Shown piece after piece: positions 36,564 to 49,819 of a DNA stretch of 64,000 nucleotides. The stretch covers positions 76,138,001 through 76,202,000 of the forward strand of contig CM052816.1 in the NCBI GenBank assembly GCA_028534125.1, given 5' to 3'. The stretch comes from Lama glama (taxonomy: Eukaryota). The translations under genes and the position numbers were made by a program. Position 1 is the first letter of the stretch; every line of letters begins with the position of its first letter. The notes beneath the pieces are model-generated. The model was not told where the DNA came from, made no database searches, and saw nothing but the letters and a program-made list of their open reading frames with translations.

Positions 36564-36779
36564 TTCCTGAGTGGGCTATGACATGCTAAAGGCAATAACT
36601 GTAACTTATTCTTCATGTCTCCAGAATTTAGTACATAGAATATAGTTTGTCCTAAAAACAAAATCATTGTTGGATGACTTTGTGTATGAAAGCAACAAGT
36701 TTGAAGCAATAAGCTATGACTTAGTGGAAAGATCACCAGTGAGGACCCTTGTAATATGAGTAGGAAGAGAACATAGCAA

Positions 36780-37435
36780 ATAGTAGAGAACTGACCATTG
36801 TAAAAGAAAAATCAGTTCTATGGGATGAAGGATACATGTGAAAGACAGAACATAACGTATTTATAGGATAACATAGGGTAATATTCTCATGGATTTGTTT
36901 AGAGATTGATTTCTTAAACAAGACACAAAAAATACTAATCATGAAGGAATAATTTGGGAAATTTGATTATATTAAGTCCAATCATTTATTTCCATCAAAG
37001 TTATCACAAAATGGGGGAGGGGGAGCCATAAGGAAGGGGATATTATTTTCAGCACATATAACCAAGAAGTTAATAATCAGAATATATAAAGAATTTTTAC
37101 AAATCAATAAGAAAAAGTTAACCAATACCAAAAAATAAGTGATCCATTTGTGTAAAGGTAAAATGAGAATGAACCTTGAATAGGAACTTCACATAAAGAC
37201 AAACTTAGATTACCAATAAACAAATGAAAAGATGCTGAACCTCATTAGTAATCAGAGAAATGGAAATTAAGATCAAAATGACATACAGCTTTTCATACAA
37301 GGCTGGCAAAAATTAGAAGTCTGGCAATACCAAGAGTTGGTAAAGATGATGAGCATTGAGAAGTCTCCTCCATTGCTGGTAAAAGTGTGGACTGGTACAA
37401 CCACTTTGGGAAATAGTTTGGCATTTTTTATTAAC
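36780..37435 (+). mobile_element. Old L1 (L1M/ME) ORF2 3' fragment
   Basis: gatttcttaaacaagacacaaaaa, cagaatatataaagaa, atgaaaagatgctgaacctcattagtaatcagagaaatg, ggtacaaccactttgggaaatagtttggca. Confidence 0.85.
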
Positions 37436-37519
37436 GTTTCTGGGCAATAGGAGACTTGCAATGTTCCATTATTTGTTCTGGGTAGGGCAGGAAAAAATAG
37501 GGAATATTGGTAAAAGTTG

Positions 37520-39915
37520 CTAATGTAGAATTTGCTTATAATGTAGAAATCTGCAAAGAGTGTCACTCCCCATTTTATGACATGAAAAAGTAAGAAATTT
37601 ACAAAATGATAACCTTTCTTGAATTCAGTTAGAAGCTAAAGTCAGAGGGCAATCAACAAGACTGAAATCTAGGAAAGACAGACATCTTTAAGGAGAAAGG
37701 AAATTGCTTATCTACAGCACAGCATAGGAGGAAGAGACCCCAGATGCCATATGAACAGATTAGAATAATTCAGCTAAAGTTTTTATGAATGATTAACAGT
37801 TGAGTGTGAGCTAGTGTGAGAGACTACTCTCTGAAAAATGTGGATACTCACTGAAAAATCACAAGAAAGATTAAAGGAGGAGTACAGAAAAGACCCCCCT
37901 TGTGGTACAGGCCTAGGGCTGTAGAGCAGCAGCTGCTCTGGGAAAAGCATGAAGCTCCACACATACCCTTCTTCTCTCATCTCCTCTATGAAGCAAAAGC
38001 CTTATACCACTAAGGGGAGATCAGCAAACATTCTGTCTCAGGGCACAGTTAAAGACTAATGCTGCACGAAGGGAGTAGGAAAACAAAACAAAGCCAGAAA
38101 TTCCTTTTTCTGGGACTGGGCAGAAATATATCATAGACGTAAGCCATTAGAAATCACCTACTGCTGGACGAAGGGCAGAATCACTAAGAAGACCCACGAC
38201 TAAGAGTTAAATACAGTGTCTGTCTAAGACTAGGCTGAAACCAGGACAACAGAGGACACCTCCCCGTCACTCCTGATTTCTAGCATAGCAAACACTAGGC
38301 AGCAAATAACAGCAGTCTACTGCTAGGAGAGAATCAAGAACATAGAGGAAAAGCTTCTCTGGGATACATACTCATAGGAAAAGCCTAAAGCTGATGGTAG
38401 AAGAATAATACTGAGGAAAACTCTTTGGAAACCAGCCCTCACTTAAAGATAATGCTAAAGGAATCTGAAACTGGTAGTGCACTGAGGGTAGCTATAGAAA
38501 CGGCAAAACCAAGATCCAGCTCATCCTCTGGTCTAGATTGAATCAACTCCAAACTAAGGGCCAAGCAAAGGGAAGTATGCCCATTTCTAGTTATAAACAC
38601 TATCTTCCTCAGGCTCTGCTGTCCTACACAAATTATCTAGCTTTCAACGAAAAGCTGCAAAAGTCACAAAGAAGCAAGAAAAAGACAACATACTGTGAAG
38701 AGGCGAAACAGTCAACCTAACCACATCTGATACAACTCAGATGCTAGAACTACAGATGGAGAATTAACCGCAGTTAATTTGGAAAAACCTCTCATGTAAA
38801 TGATGGCCATTGTATAAGAATAGATGGGGAATTTCAGCAAAGATATGGAAACTCTAAGAAAGAATCAAACAGAAAAGCTAGAAATGAAAAACATGTTAAT
38901 AAAGATGAGGAATGTCTTCAATGGACTCATCAGTAGAGTGAACACTGCTGAGAGAAGAATCAATAAACTTGAAGAAAGGTCATTAAAAGTTACCCAGACT
39001 GACACACAGAGAAAAAACAGTAAAGAAAACACATAGCATCCAAGAGCTGTGGGACAGCATTGAAAGGTCTAATACATTTAATGGATATCCTAGGAGGAGA
39101 AAAGGTAAAACTCACATGGAAGAAGTATTTGTAAGCACAATGGCAAAGAATTTTCTAAAAGTAATTAAAGCATCAGACACTAAATTTAAGAAGGTAAGGC
39201 AGCACCAAACAGGCTGAATGCCTAATTAATTAATTAAAAAACAGAACCAGATACATTATGTTCAAACTGCTCAAAACAAAGATAAGAAAAAAATCTTGAA
39301 GTCAGCCAGAGAAATAGGACACATTACCTACAGAGGAACAAAAGTAAGAATTATAGCAGACTTCTTGTTGGAAATTAAGCAAACCAGAAAACAAAGTACT
39401 GTTACCTTTAAAGTGATGAAAGGGAAAAAAATGTCAACCCAGAATTTTACTCACAGCAAAATCATCTTTCAAAAATTAAGTAGAGAGAAAGATATTTTCA
39501 AACAAATGTGAAATACAGCATTCACTATCATCAGATATGAAGTATAAGTCATATAAAATAAGCTTATTCAGGTAGAAGACATATGATATCAGACAGAAAC
39601 TTGAATTTATACAAAGAAATGAAGAGCATTATAAATGGTATGAAAACAGAAATAAAATTACTTTATTATTTTCAATTGTCCTAAAAGGATATAAATATAG
39701 GATGAAATAGTAGGAATATATTGTATGTTTGTGACTTATGTGAAAATAGGGATGTATAACAACAGTAGCAAAACAAATGGAAAGAGAAGTTGGGACTCTT
39801 CTGATACAGTGTTTTTATGTTACACATGAAACAGTAATAAAATTATTTGAAAGTAGATTCTGACTAATGAAAGGTGTATATTGTAAACCACGGACAACTT
39901 GAAAAACTTTTCTTG
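37520..39915 (+). mobile_element. Old L1 5' UTR plus decayed ORF1 and inter-ORF spacer
   Basis: ORFs 38824-39036 (METLRKNQ..LEMKN..FNGLISRVNTAERRINKLEERS) and 39296-39511 (KSAREIGHITYRGTKVRIIADF) are L1 ORF1p remnants. Confidence 0.88.
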
Positions 39916-40214
39916 GAGAGATATGAATGACTAGAGCAGTAATCCCGAAATGGGCCTGGTGCCAGACTGTGTTGTATGTATCAGTACCAATCACTAGCAC
40001 CAGTCAATGTGTAACTACATGTAGCAGGTCCATCCTAATTGGGGATGCAGTTAACTTAATTCTCTCACCAGGGCTTAGTTCTACTTTCTGGACCTTTCTG
40101 ATATTTGATAAATATTTTAAAAATATTTTTAAAACCATATATATATTTCTATCTATGTATCTTTGGCATTCGTCAAATTGATACAGCTCATAAAAAAAGA
40201 ACTCTAAATAAAAT

Positions 40215-40320
40215 ATGTGAAATGTTATAATTTGGCAAATCTCAGGGATTGGTACTTGAATTTTTATTACATTATATTACTCTCCAATCTTCTGTGCTGT
40301 TTGAAATATTTCACTAGTTT
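40215..40320 (+). mobile_element. L1ME-like 3' terminus relic, followed by a (TTTTG)n-like tract ~40317-40368
   Basis: ttattacattatattactctccaatcttctgtgctgtttgaaatatttca. Confidence 0.55.
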
Positions 40321-40639
40321 TTTTTTTGTTTGTTTTGGGATTTTTTGTTTTTGTTTTGTTTTGTTTTTAGGAAACAGAGCTTGAGGTGTAATGGGAACTG
40401 CATTTAGTTTTTCATTACCGGAGCATTGGGTACAAGGGAAGGCAAGACAGGGGTACCTCATGGTAGTGAGAGAGTCTTCCATGTAAAAACAATGAGACCA
40501 GGTCTTTCAGAAACTTATCTCTGTTAATGGTGTGGCTAGAGTGACCAATGCCAAACAAACCTTTACTGAATTTGTGGCAGGCATTCAATTGCCAGTTAAA
40601 AAGTCATGTTTGTTTCTCCCAGTGAGGTTGCATTTATGA

Positions 40640-40872
40640 CATGATTTCATAGCCTTTGGAGTTAGGCTGCACTACATTAGAATTTCAGTTATGCCGCTTT
40701 GTTAGGACGTCGCTTTCGGGCAGTCACTCTAAGCAGTAATCTTCTCATCTTTAAAATAATAATACTGAATCTTAACTCATAGGTTGCTTCAAAGATTAAG
40801 TGAGATAATGGACATAAAACTATGGCCATATCTACTACACAGAAGACGTGCATCAAATGTTAGTTCCTTTCA
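40640..40872 (+). mobile_element. MIR SINE
   Basis: gcctttggagttagg..ttctcatctttaaaataataata..aagattaagtgagataatg..aaatgttagttcc. Confidence 0.75.
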
Positions 40873-41033
40873 TTTCTCTCTTGTGAAGAGCAAAAGAGCC
40901 ATATAAGGTCTAGTATGCTAGAATAACCTCTCCATTTGATAGACTCTGAAGGCTTTCCTGGAGTACTCAAACAAGAGCAGGACTTTATTTTTCCCTCTGC
41001 TTCTTCCTTATTAAAATTTTAACTTTATCCTTT

Positions 41034-41557
41034 TGTGTCAGTTAGTTTTTGCTGCTTAGCAAACTGCTCCAAATCTTGATGCCTTGAAACAACCACCATT
41101 TATTTAGCTCACAGTTCTATGTAGCAGCAGTTTGGGCTGGGTTGGTGTGGCTGTTCTTTATCTGTGATAACTCATGCTTCTGCACGCAGATGGCAGTATA
41201 TGGCTATATAGTCTACAGCTGTCTGTCTCTGTTGGCTCAGATGACAGCTAGAGGGATGAGGGGAACTGGGGCACGTGTCTACCACCCATTGGGCCATTCC
41301 AGGCTTGTCCACATGGTGGCAATTTCAGGGTTTCCAAGATGGGCAAGGGAGAGCAAAGGCCAGCATACAGTGGTTTTGATGCCTCTGTTTGCAACAGGCT
41401 TCCTAATGTCTCATTGGACAAAGGAAGTTGCTTGGTCAACTCAGACTCAAGGCACGAGAAACAAAGTCCACCTTTTGATGGAAGATGCTACAGTGTCACA
41501 TAACAAGGGTGGATGTAGGAAGGGAAAGACTTGTGTTCATTTTTACAATCAACCACA
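41034..41557 (-). mobile_element. MaLR solo LTR (MLT1J-like)
   Basis: tgtgtcagttag..ttgaaacaaccaccatttatttagctcacagttct, ccaggcttgtccacatggtggc, ccaccttttgatggaag; ends aaccaca. Confidence 0.85.
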
Positions 41558-41655
41558 CTGCTGAAAACATAAACTGAAGAAGGCAGTAATTCTTTTCTGT
41601 CTACTATTTCACAGGTATTAGTTTTAATCCTCTGATGGAGTCTAGCAATAGTCCT

Positions 41656-41783
41656 CCACCCTCCACCAAGAGGGATAATTAGATTTATTTATTTATTTTT
41701 AGAGGTGGTTCTGAGGGTTGAACCCAGGACCTCAAGCATGCTAATAAGCATGCCCTCTACCACTTGAGCTACGCCTTCCCTCT
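41656..41783 (-). mobile_element. Second Vic-1-like tRNA-derived SINE, more diverged
   Basis: Minus strand gggaaggcgtagctcaagtggtagagggcatgctt..gaggtcctgggttcaaccctcag, then aaataaataaatctaatta; collinear with the 9750 copy. Confidence 0.88.
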
Positions 41784-43059
41784 TAGCAATTGTCTTGCAA
41801 TAGGATTTTCCCCTCGATGATTAAAAAGGATGCTTCATAAGGAGAGACTATTGATTGTTATACATCTTGGGGGTAATGTTATTCAGTGTTAGTAGAGTGT
41901 TGGGGAGTCTTTCATGCTTCAATTCTTGGAAACAGGTTCTGTAATAATACTATTTTAACTAAAATTGTGTTTTTCCTGGAGTTCTACCTGTTCAAATCCT
42001 TTAACTATTACTTAACTTATTCTAAAACCAACCATATTCCAAATTTTGTGCTCATTGTGAATAAAATTGATACTTTACAAAACCTAACATATATTCTGTA
42101 AGAAAAAAGAGACTGGGTTTAACTTTGGAGACATGGTAGATGCTAAAATCTCTCCAAGGAGAAAAGCAATGAAATTGCTCTAATGACCTGAAAATATTTC
42201 TCTTTTAGCCTATTAGATAATTGGAAGAATAGATTATTTAACAGATTGGTGCTTTAAATGAGTAAAATCAATGTATGTTTCATATTCTGAGCAATGAATG
42301 CATTGCCTTTTATCTCTCCTTCAGTAATTTATGGGACCTCATTGGGTTGTTCCAGTGTTAGGGAAGAGGAATTGAGTCACCTAAAACCAGGAATTTTTGC
42401 CCAAACAACTTTTTTATGGTCAAGAGGATGAGAAAGAGACGTGGGGCATTTTGAGCAAATGTGTCTCTAAAGCACCATTTCTTAAGTAAAATTATGTAGC
42501 TCAATTTATACTGTGGCTAATAGTGGACTTGATTTTAACTTTATATGGATTAAAGAATTTAACTTTTCCCCAACGTGTTTTTGAATGACTTTATTCACAG
42601 ACCATGTCCTTTCTCACATTGTCTGAAAGTTTTGTTCTCTCTGACATCCAAAGTTATAGCTTATTTTCTACACATCTTGATATTTTCCTTTTTAGCTAAT
42701 TTTCATTTCACTGGAAAAGAACAGCAGATAAGTTTGAGTAGCTGCAGAAACTCAGTTGTTTAGATAACAGCAGTGGAAGATGTACTCACCTCAGCGGTGT
42801 CACTCATTTTCCCTTTTCTTTTCTTATATTACTCTGAGTTTTGGTCTTAAACAATGTTTGAATAAAATTCAGTGGAATTCAACCTTTGTGCATTGAATGC
42901 TGCATTAAGTGAGTACCACGTACCACATATTGTGCAATGTGATGGACCTATGAGGTTGAAAAGATTCGTCCTTCACAGCTACTTAATATGAAGAGATTGT
43001 AATACCTAGAATTAGGGAATTAAACCCATATCTGTATGTCCATCATCAAATCTGGTACC

Positions 43060-43240
43060 CAAAGATGCTGCCCCAAACTGGTTTGAATCAGAATAACTGG
43101 AGAAACTTTAAACACTACTTAGATTCCTAAGTTCCATATCCAGAGGTTATGATTCATTACATCATCATCAGGGCTGAGGACTTTAGTCATTTTTTCCAAA
43201 GCTCCCAAGATAATTCTGATGCAACTGGCCTAGTACTGGT
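43060..43240. mobile_element. MER5-family MITE
   Basis: atcagaataactggagaaacttt..agattcct..ccagaggttatgattca..aagctcccaagataattctgatgca. Confidence 0.7.
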
Positions 43241-43849
43241 TCCAGGAAAGGCAACAGGGGACCATTCGTCTTGTTGAAGTATCTTAGGCTAAATATGATA
43301 GAAGTAGCCTTGATATACCTAGTATTGTTGGGAGTGTCCTCATTTACTTTAAAAAATGCATTGATTATACCTTTGTTTCTAAAGCCCATTTTTTTTCTAA
43401 TTAATTTCTATGAATGCTGCTGATTTGCGGGCCAGTAACATTCAATGGTTTCACAATTCTTGAGAAAAAAAATTCTAGATTGCTAATTGTTAGATTTTAT
43501 TCCTTCACAACTTTAAGGAATCCACCTTCCCCTTGCTCTATAATTATATGTGACAAAGCCTGGGGAAAAATTCCAAGAAAATGAAAATATCAGGGACATT
43601 CAAAGACAAGAGTCATGTTTAGGCACTGGAATCAGGTCTTGAAATCTAGGAGAAGAACAGCTGGTTGAGAATACCGAGAAACAAACAAAATTCATTGCAC
43701 TATTTTCTCTGGTAGCCACTTATGGGCCAGCTGATGCATGTCACTTGTACAGGGTGAGTGAAGGCAAAAGGTCCAGGGCAGTAGGAAAGCAGCCCAGGAA
43801 TAAGTTTTAATGCAGTTGGAGTTCTACTTTGAGAACTTGGAATCTAGTG

Positions 43850-44085
43850 ATGATAACAAGAGGAATCATTCCTATATTTGTTTGATATTTACAGTTGACA
43901 AATCCTTTACAATATGTTAACTCAGCTAATACCTACAAAGAGATCTACAAGGCAGAAAACAATCTCTTCCTTTCATAAACTTGAGATGGGTGCTCATAGA
44001 AGTTAAGTGATTATTTTCTGAGCTCACACAATTGATGAATTGGGATTTGAATTGACTTCTAAGTAAAATACCTTTTTCATCATTT
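43850..44085 (-). mobile_element. MIR relic
   Basis: tttacagttgacaaatcctttaca..gctcatagaagttaagtgatt..gggatttgaa. Confidence 0.6.
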
Positions 44086-46596
44086 TTTTTTCCTAGAATG
44101 TATCTGCCATATAATACTTAGAAATTCACTTTAAGGAGTATTTTCTGTCCGGATGGACCAATATACCATCTTGAGCCCTGGGCGAAGCTATAAACATCCC
44201 TTACAAAATGTCTTTGTCTTGGTTTTCCATCACCTGTCAGTACCCACTTGCTTAGCCTCTAGTCTCTGCCCTTGAGCCCCAGACCCTGTTTCTTTTGGAA
44301 TGTCATTGTATGGGATTGTTTCTACTAAGATCTGGGGTGAAAAGAATGTAGCAGTAAATAAGGTAAAGTTATGAGGAGTTAGAGGCAAGATGCTGATGAC
44401 TGCAAGAGCTCCTAGGTGATAAAAAAGAACTTTAATATTAACTGTTATTCACAATATCTCCAAATGATCTTGGAGGCCCATTCACTGGGCCTTAAGGAAA
44501 AAATGGACTTGTGTTTCTTTCAGGTTATGAGAGTATTTAAGTGACATTAAATAACCCATAAAAGTAATGCTCCTCTTTACGTACCAGGGAATACATTATG
44601 TAGAGGGGAAGAAATCTTCTTCTTAGCTGTGTACTGTGCATATGTTAAATGGCTTCTTTCACACACTCTGAAATAATGACACAGCTAGACACACTTACTA
44701 AGCCCTGGATATATTTCTCCAGGGCACTGCTATACAACTGGAGTCTGACATTATGGTGATTTATTGATAAATTCTTTACTGCTGTGGTCTCTTGCAAATT
44801 AGTGGAGCATAACACATGAGAGACAGAAAAGCTTTAGTTGTGAGATTTGAGTGTGTTGCAGTAAGAACCTGTGATTTGCACAGGGGAGCGAGTCTGGTGG
44901 CACACTGGTTGGGGGAGGAGTTGCAGGGCTTTGAAAATCTGAGCATAATTGAGTCCCCAAACACTACAGACTAAGTAAACAATTCATTTGTTTATAATTA
45001 TTTGTGAACAGTCTAACCTCAGCTGTCCTCTTTGGTAATGCTTTCTGCGTCAGTTTGAAGCACATCTTGTGACAGATTAAAGAAGTATGTCTGATAATAT
45101 AAACCAGAAGCATGGTTTTATAGAATCATTCCTGCCCTAAATTCACCTTGTTTCCTAAATATTAGTGATGTTAAAAAAAAAAAGATTAAGGAAAAAGTGG
45201 GAAGAGGCAGAGAAAGAAAAAGAAAGCTTTAATTCTCTTTCACGTTGATTCATTTACTGATTATATTTATCTAACTTTAACAAGTACATATAATGCTTAC
45301 TTATCTTTGCATTTATCAATGTTGGGAAGCTATGGTTTTCAAAATGTAAAAACTTATACAAATCATGAGCGAAAGACCTACTCATTCTCAAGGTTAAGTT
45401 AACTGACCTGCTGATTATAAATGATTCTATAATCTTACCTCTAATGACATAGATGACAGTTTAAAGTCCCTCATACCTTGTCTAATCATTAGCTTTGATC
45501 ATCTCTTTCCTTCCCAGCGTACATATGACAGTATTGACTCCTTTCTTTACCTTTATCATATTACTCTTCCACTATTAATTTCATGACAAAATAATATATA
45601 GGGTTTGTAAGAAATTATAAAATCAAGGGACCTCATCAAAATCTGAATGTGGGAGACAGGCACATATGCAGTAATTTGTTTAAACATAGTATGGTATAAT
45701 ATAGATAGATAGATAATTTTTTACTAAAATGATTTTTATCAACCTGTAGTTACTTTACATGAATTAGAAAGTCTACATAGTAAGTCAATTTATACAAATA
45801 TAGAAGATTCAAGCTCAGTGTTTATTGCTTATAGTTTATTTAAAAAGTAAGCATTATCCCAAATATTTTATTACTAGTATCACAGTATAAATGTCTTCTT
45901 GGTGTACATTTCATCATTGTATTTTGTCTTTGACATTCCTGTTTTTATTCTGTAGAGCTGAGATGAGAGTTTAATTTGAAATGAACTTGGGTCTTGAGTG
46001 AGAGCTCTAGTCTTCTCCTATATCATCCCACATATTTAGATTTTTAACATATTCATGAGTACTTGGAGGAAGAAATAATTAGGGCACGGAGTACTAGTTT
46101 CTTTCTTCTCCTCTTCCTCCTTCTTAAACATGTTCTTCCATATCAAATTGGTCAAAAACCCAAAAGGGCTTTAAAGAACTATTAGTTCTATAGGAACTAT
46201 TAGTGTGCTATATCAGCTTCCTTCAAATAAGTAACAATCAAGAGAATTCCCAGTGGTCAGGCAGAACATGGACATTTTGAACACGTGCATGTGTAGAAGT
46301 GGCTTCTCCACTTTGTACTCAATATTGGCTATGCTATTTTTTATCTTCTCTGAAAGTGCAGTGGATTTTAAGCCTTAATACACAGAATCAGTAGTTTGCT
46401 TTTTATTACAGTTTTAAGTTTAACAATACTAAAATAATTCAATTATTTAAGAATGAGACTTTTCAGACTTCTGTAAAACTTCATAGTCTAACATCAAATT
46501 GAAAAAGCTTATGTCTGAGAATCATGAAGCCAAGATTATGATCCAAAAGTTAGTATTTGATAGGTGAAATTATAACATAACTGATAATTTGATTAC

Positions 46597-47015
46597 TGTG
46601 GGGCAGTAAAATAATAGTTATAATAGAAATACTATGTTAAATAATTACCATGTTAAAATAATATAATACTATAAAAATATGTTATAATAGAATAATACTA
46701 TGTTATAATAATATTATAAGTACGTGAACCCAAACTGGTTGGAACCAGAAGGCTAATGATTAAGATTCCCGAAACATCACCATGGTTACCTTACCACCAA
46801 CCAACCATTAGCTGATCACATGCCCTCACTCCTAATGTTGCCTTTGAAAACCCTTGCTGAAAGCCACTGGGCAGTTTGGGTCTTTTGAGCACTAGCTGCC
46901 TGTTCTTGCTTGGAGTCTTGCAATGAATGCTATACTTTCCTTCACCACAACCCAGTGTCAATAGATTGGCTTTGCTGCACGTCAGGTGAGCAGATCTAAG
47001 TTTGCTTCAGTAACA
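46597..47015 (+). mobile_element. ERV1-class solo LTR with AT-rich 5' expansion
   Basis: gcctttgaaaacccttgctgaaagcca..gtcttttgagcactagctgcc..actttccttcaccacaacccagtgtcaatagattggctt; ends cagtaaca; 5' boundary uncertain. Confidence 0.75.
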
Positions 47016-47094
47016 CAATCACATGGGAATCTCTTCACTTTGGGTTTTCTTAATTATTTGGGGCTCTAGTTTCTGACTGGTTGTTTTAAAATAT

Positions 47095-47620
47095 AGATTT
47101 TATTATTTGCAGATGGCAAGGCCAACAGGTCAGGAGACGACAGCCATTAAAATTGAAAGTTTGTTATACTCACAGATCCAAAAAGAAGCGGGCCTACCAT
47201 GCCTTTAGGGGCTACACAGGTAAGCAACAGGATCTGCTAAGATGTGTGTGGAGGGAAGCATTTTGAAAGAGCCTTTATTGTGGTTTCCAAAGGAAGGGAC
47301 AGGTGAGGCATGGAGGCAGGTTGAGGTTAGATGGTTTGGATAATTTCACTGGGTTCGGTCATGAAGGCTGTCCCTAGTATTCTAGTATCTGACCTTGTGG
47401 TGACTAGAAGGTGGATAGTGGCCCAGAGTGTGAGAACCTGATTAAAGAAGTGGCTGGGGTATGGGCTCTGGATTGGTTGATTTGCATATGAAAGGCATGC
47501 TCCAGGCAAGTAGTTTGCTTTCTCTAAGAATTAGCTAACCCTAAGGAGGAGTAATCCCCTCAGAGTCTGCAAGACCCGAAGATGTCCAAGCATCAGAAAA
47601 TAAAAGGCATCATTAATATG
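47095..47620 (-). mobile_element. MER74-like ERVL solo LTR
   Basis: Minus strand cctttcatatgcaaatcaaccaatccagagcccatacccc..tctcacactctgggccactatc..actagggacagcc matches recalled MER74 consensus. Confidence 0.85.
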
Positions 47621-48089
47621 CTGGTATACTAGGAGTTTGGATAAACGCGTCGGTTACAAGTGAATTAGTAAGGTTGGACCTTTTGAAGAGCGTCAGCACT
47701 TTTCACTTAAATAACCTATATGAAATGTACTGAGAAACATGTTATTGGTTTCTCTTTAGAGTGGTCTAGATTCATTTCACATTATCTCAATAATATCTCA
47801 ATTGATGACATATTCAGGCTCTGTAACATTGTAGCTTGTGGCATAAATGTACTGAATGTACCAGGGATACTCAGGTGGCCAGTTCTGCCATGCACAGTGT
47901 AAAATTTCTCATCACCATGCTTCAATTTTGAACTTTGGAAATTGGGAATAAGTATAGCTTTCCTGGTTGCTTCCTGGTGTTATTTGTGAGAATCGAATCA
48001 GGTAAGCACTTGGAAGACTCTAATTAATGCATTACCAAAAAAACTGAACACCACAGTTACCGACTTTGACCATTTCATCCCTTTTATGT

Positions 48090-48500
48090 GCATACTTACT
48101 GGATATCCCCATAAGCATATCTGACTAGTGCCTGAAAGTTAACAAGTCCAATTTTTTTCACCTCAAAAAATGGAATTTACTTCTTCCCTTTAATGGCATT
48201 ATCAGTTCCTCAAAACACCCAGGCCAGAGACTTGGGCAAAATCTTTATATTTTCACCTCTCTCTGACCCCCCACATGCCAATCAGTTTTCCAGTCATTTG
48301 ACTATATATTACTAGTATCTTTGGATCTTATACCTTTGTCTCCATTTCTAAGACCCCTACCAGAGGTCACATCATCACAACTCTCCCTTAGCCTGTGTAG
48401 CTGTCTCCTAAGCTAATCACCTACCTCTAATTTCTCACCCTCTGTTTCTAACCTAAATTATTCTCAACCAGAAGGATATTCCTAACCTAGATGTGCTGTC
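48090..48500 (+). mobile_element. L2 relic
   Basis: ctggatatccccataagcat, cacccaggccagagacttggg, ctctctctgaccccccacat..ccaatcagtt. Confidence 0.65.
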
Positions 48501-49151
48501 TCCTTTTCTCTGAGTCCTATAATGCATAGCTTTAATTTTCCCTATTTTTATTTTTCTTTTTTTCCCATACCGGTATGATATTATAAGGAATTCTTGGGAA
48601 AACTCATGAAAAAGCCTAAACAGAGGTATTAAAGTGTGTATGTATGTGTGTAATTGTGTAAGGCAGCCACAAAAAGGAATGATGAATAATGTATGAAAAT
48701 ATCCTCCTTGAATGCATAGTTCTTTAATTTATTTAGAAAGACGTTGTTCCCTTTATTCAAAGTCTAATGGGATTTCTCTGGGCAAGGACTGGGAATTTCC
48801 CTGGGCAGTTTCTTCGAGATTAGCTTAGGGGAGACTGTACTCAGATTTCATTTTTAGTTACTCTTGGCCCAGGCAAGCTTCTGTAATGAGGAAAGTACCC
48901 TTTTTTCCCTTCCTAGGGTAGAAGATGTATCAAGCTCTTTGCCTCTTCTGTAAGTGCTGAGGCACCATCATCACCATGTTCCCAGCCTCCATTATTATCT
49001 TTGATCCACAGTCACAGAAATGAGCATTACCACCCTGGAACCATGGACCCTTCTGAAAAGTGACGTTATCACCTTCAGGCTGAGAGCTAAAAGCGGTGTG
49101 AGTAATAGAGTAGTTTTGAGGACTAAATGGAATGTGAAACCCTTTGACTAG

Positions 49152-49615
49152 TGTTAACCTCAAACAATAAACAGTTATTTTTACCAGCAGAAAGGGTTTA
49201 TTCAGGAACAGCAAAGAATTTCACTTCAGGACATATAACAATAGACAAATCACATGGAAGTCCCATAAAAAAGGGGAGAAATACATTTCAATAGAAGGAA
49301 AAACTCTTTTATAGAGTAGAAGGGGAAGATGGAAAGGACTAGTATAAACAAAAAGTCCATTGGAGGAAACTGGAAGTTCAAAGTGGCTTTTCATTGGCTG
49401 AGCTGTGACAGTCTCTCATTGGTTGAACTATTTCCAGGCAAGGAGAAAATCTTTCTTCCTCCAGCTGGTGGTAATAGTGTCACTTCCTGCCAAAGATGCA
49501 AAGTCTGTCCCTTCCTGCTGAAATCTGTATTGGCCTCAAGTGGTACGTTCGTGAGAGCTCCCGTTCTGGTCTCCTGACTCCATTTTAGTGAGATTTCCTT
49601 TTACTAATTTTCACA
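49152..49615 (-). mobile_element. ERV1-class solo LTR (family uncertain)
   Basis: Minus strand starts tgtgaaaatt..aaaatggagtcagg, has tandem CCAAT boxes and aataaa, ends gttaaca; 4-bp TSD ctag/ctaa. Confidence 0.8.
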
Positions 49616-49819
49616 CTAATTTCTGCTTTTGGTATCCTGAGATTTCCATCTTCTTGTGCTTATAATATAATGTCTAACCAAGAGAAGAGCGCTTAAACTT
49701 GGAAGGTTCTTAATTTTAGCTAGATAGGTATAAATTATATACATATAGACATGATATTATATTTGAATTATATAAAATATATACTTATATATAAATACAA
49801 TACTCACACTTATATAATG

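Noticed and set aside
40115..40134. 20-bp perfect palindrome ttttaaaaatatttttaaaa
   Set aside because: A/T-only low complexity, unremarkable in this base composition.
46175..46204. Palindrome agaactattagttct plus direct repeat gaactattagt
   Set aside because: Too short to separate from a local slippage event; no supporting context.
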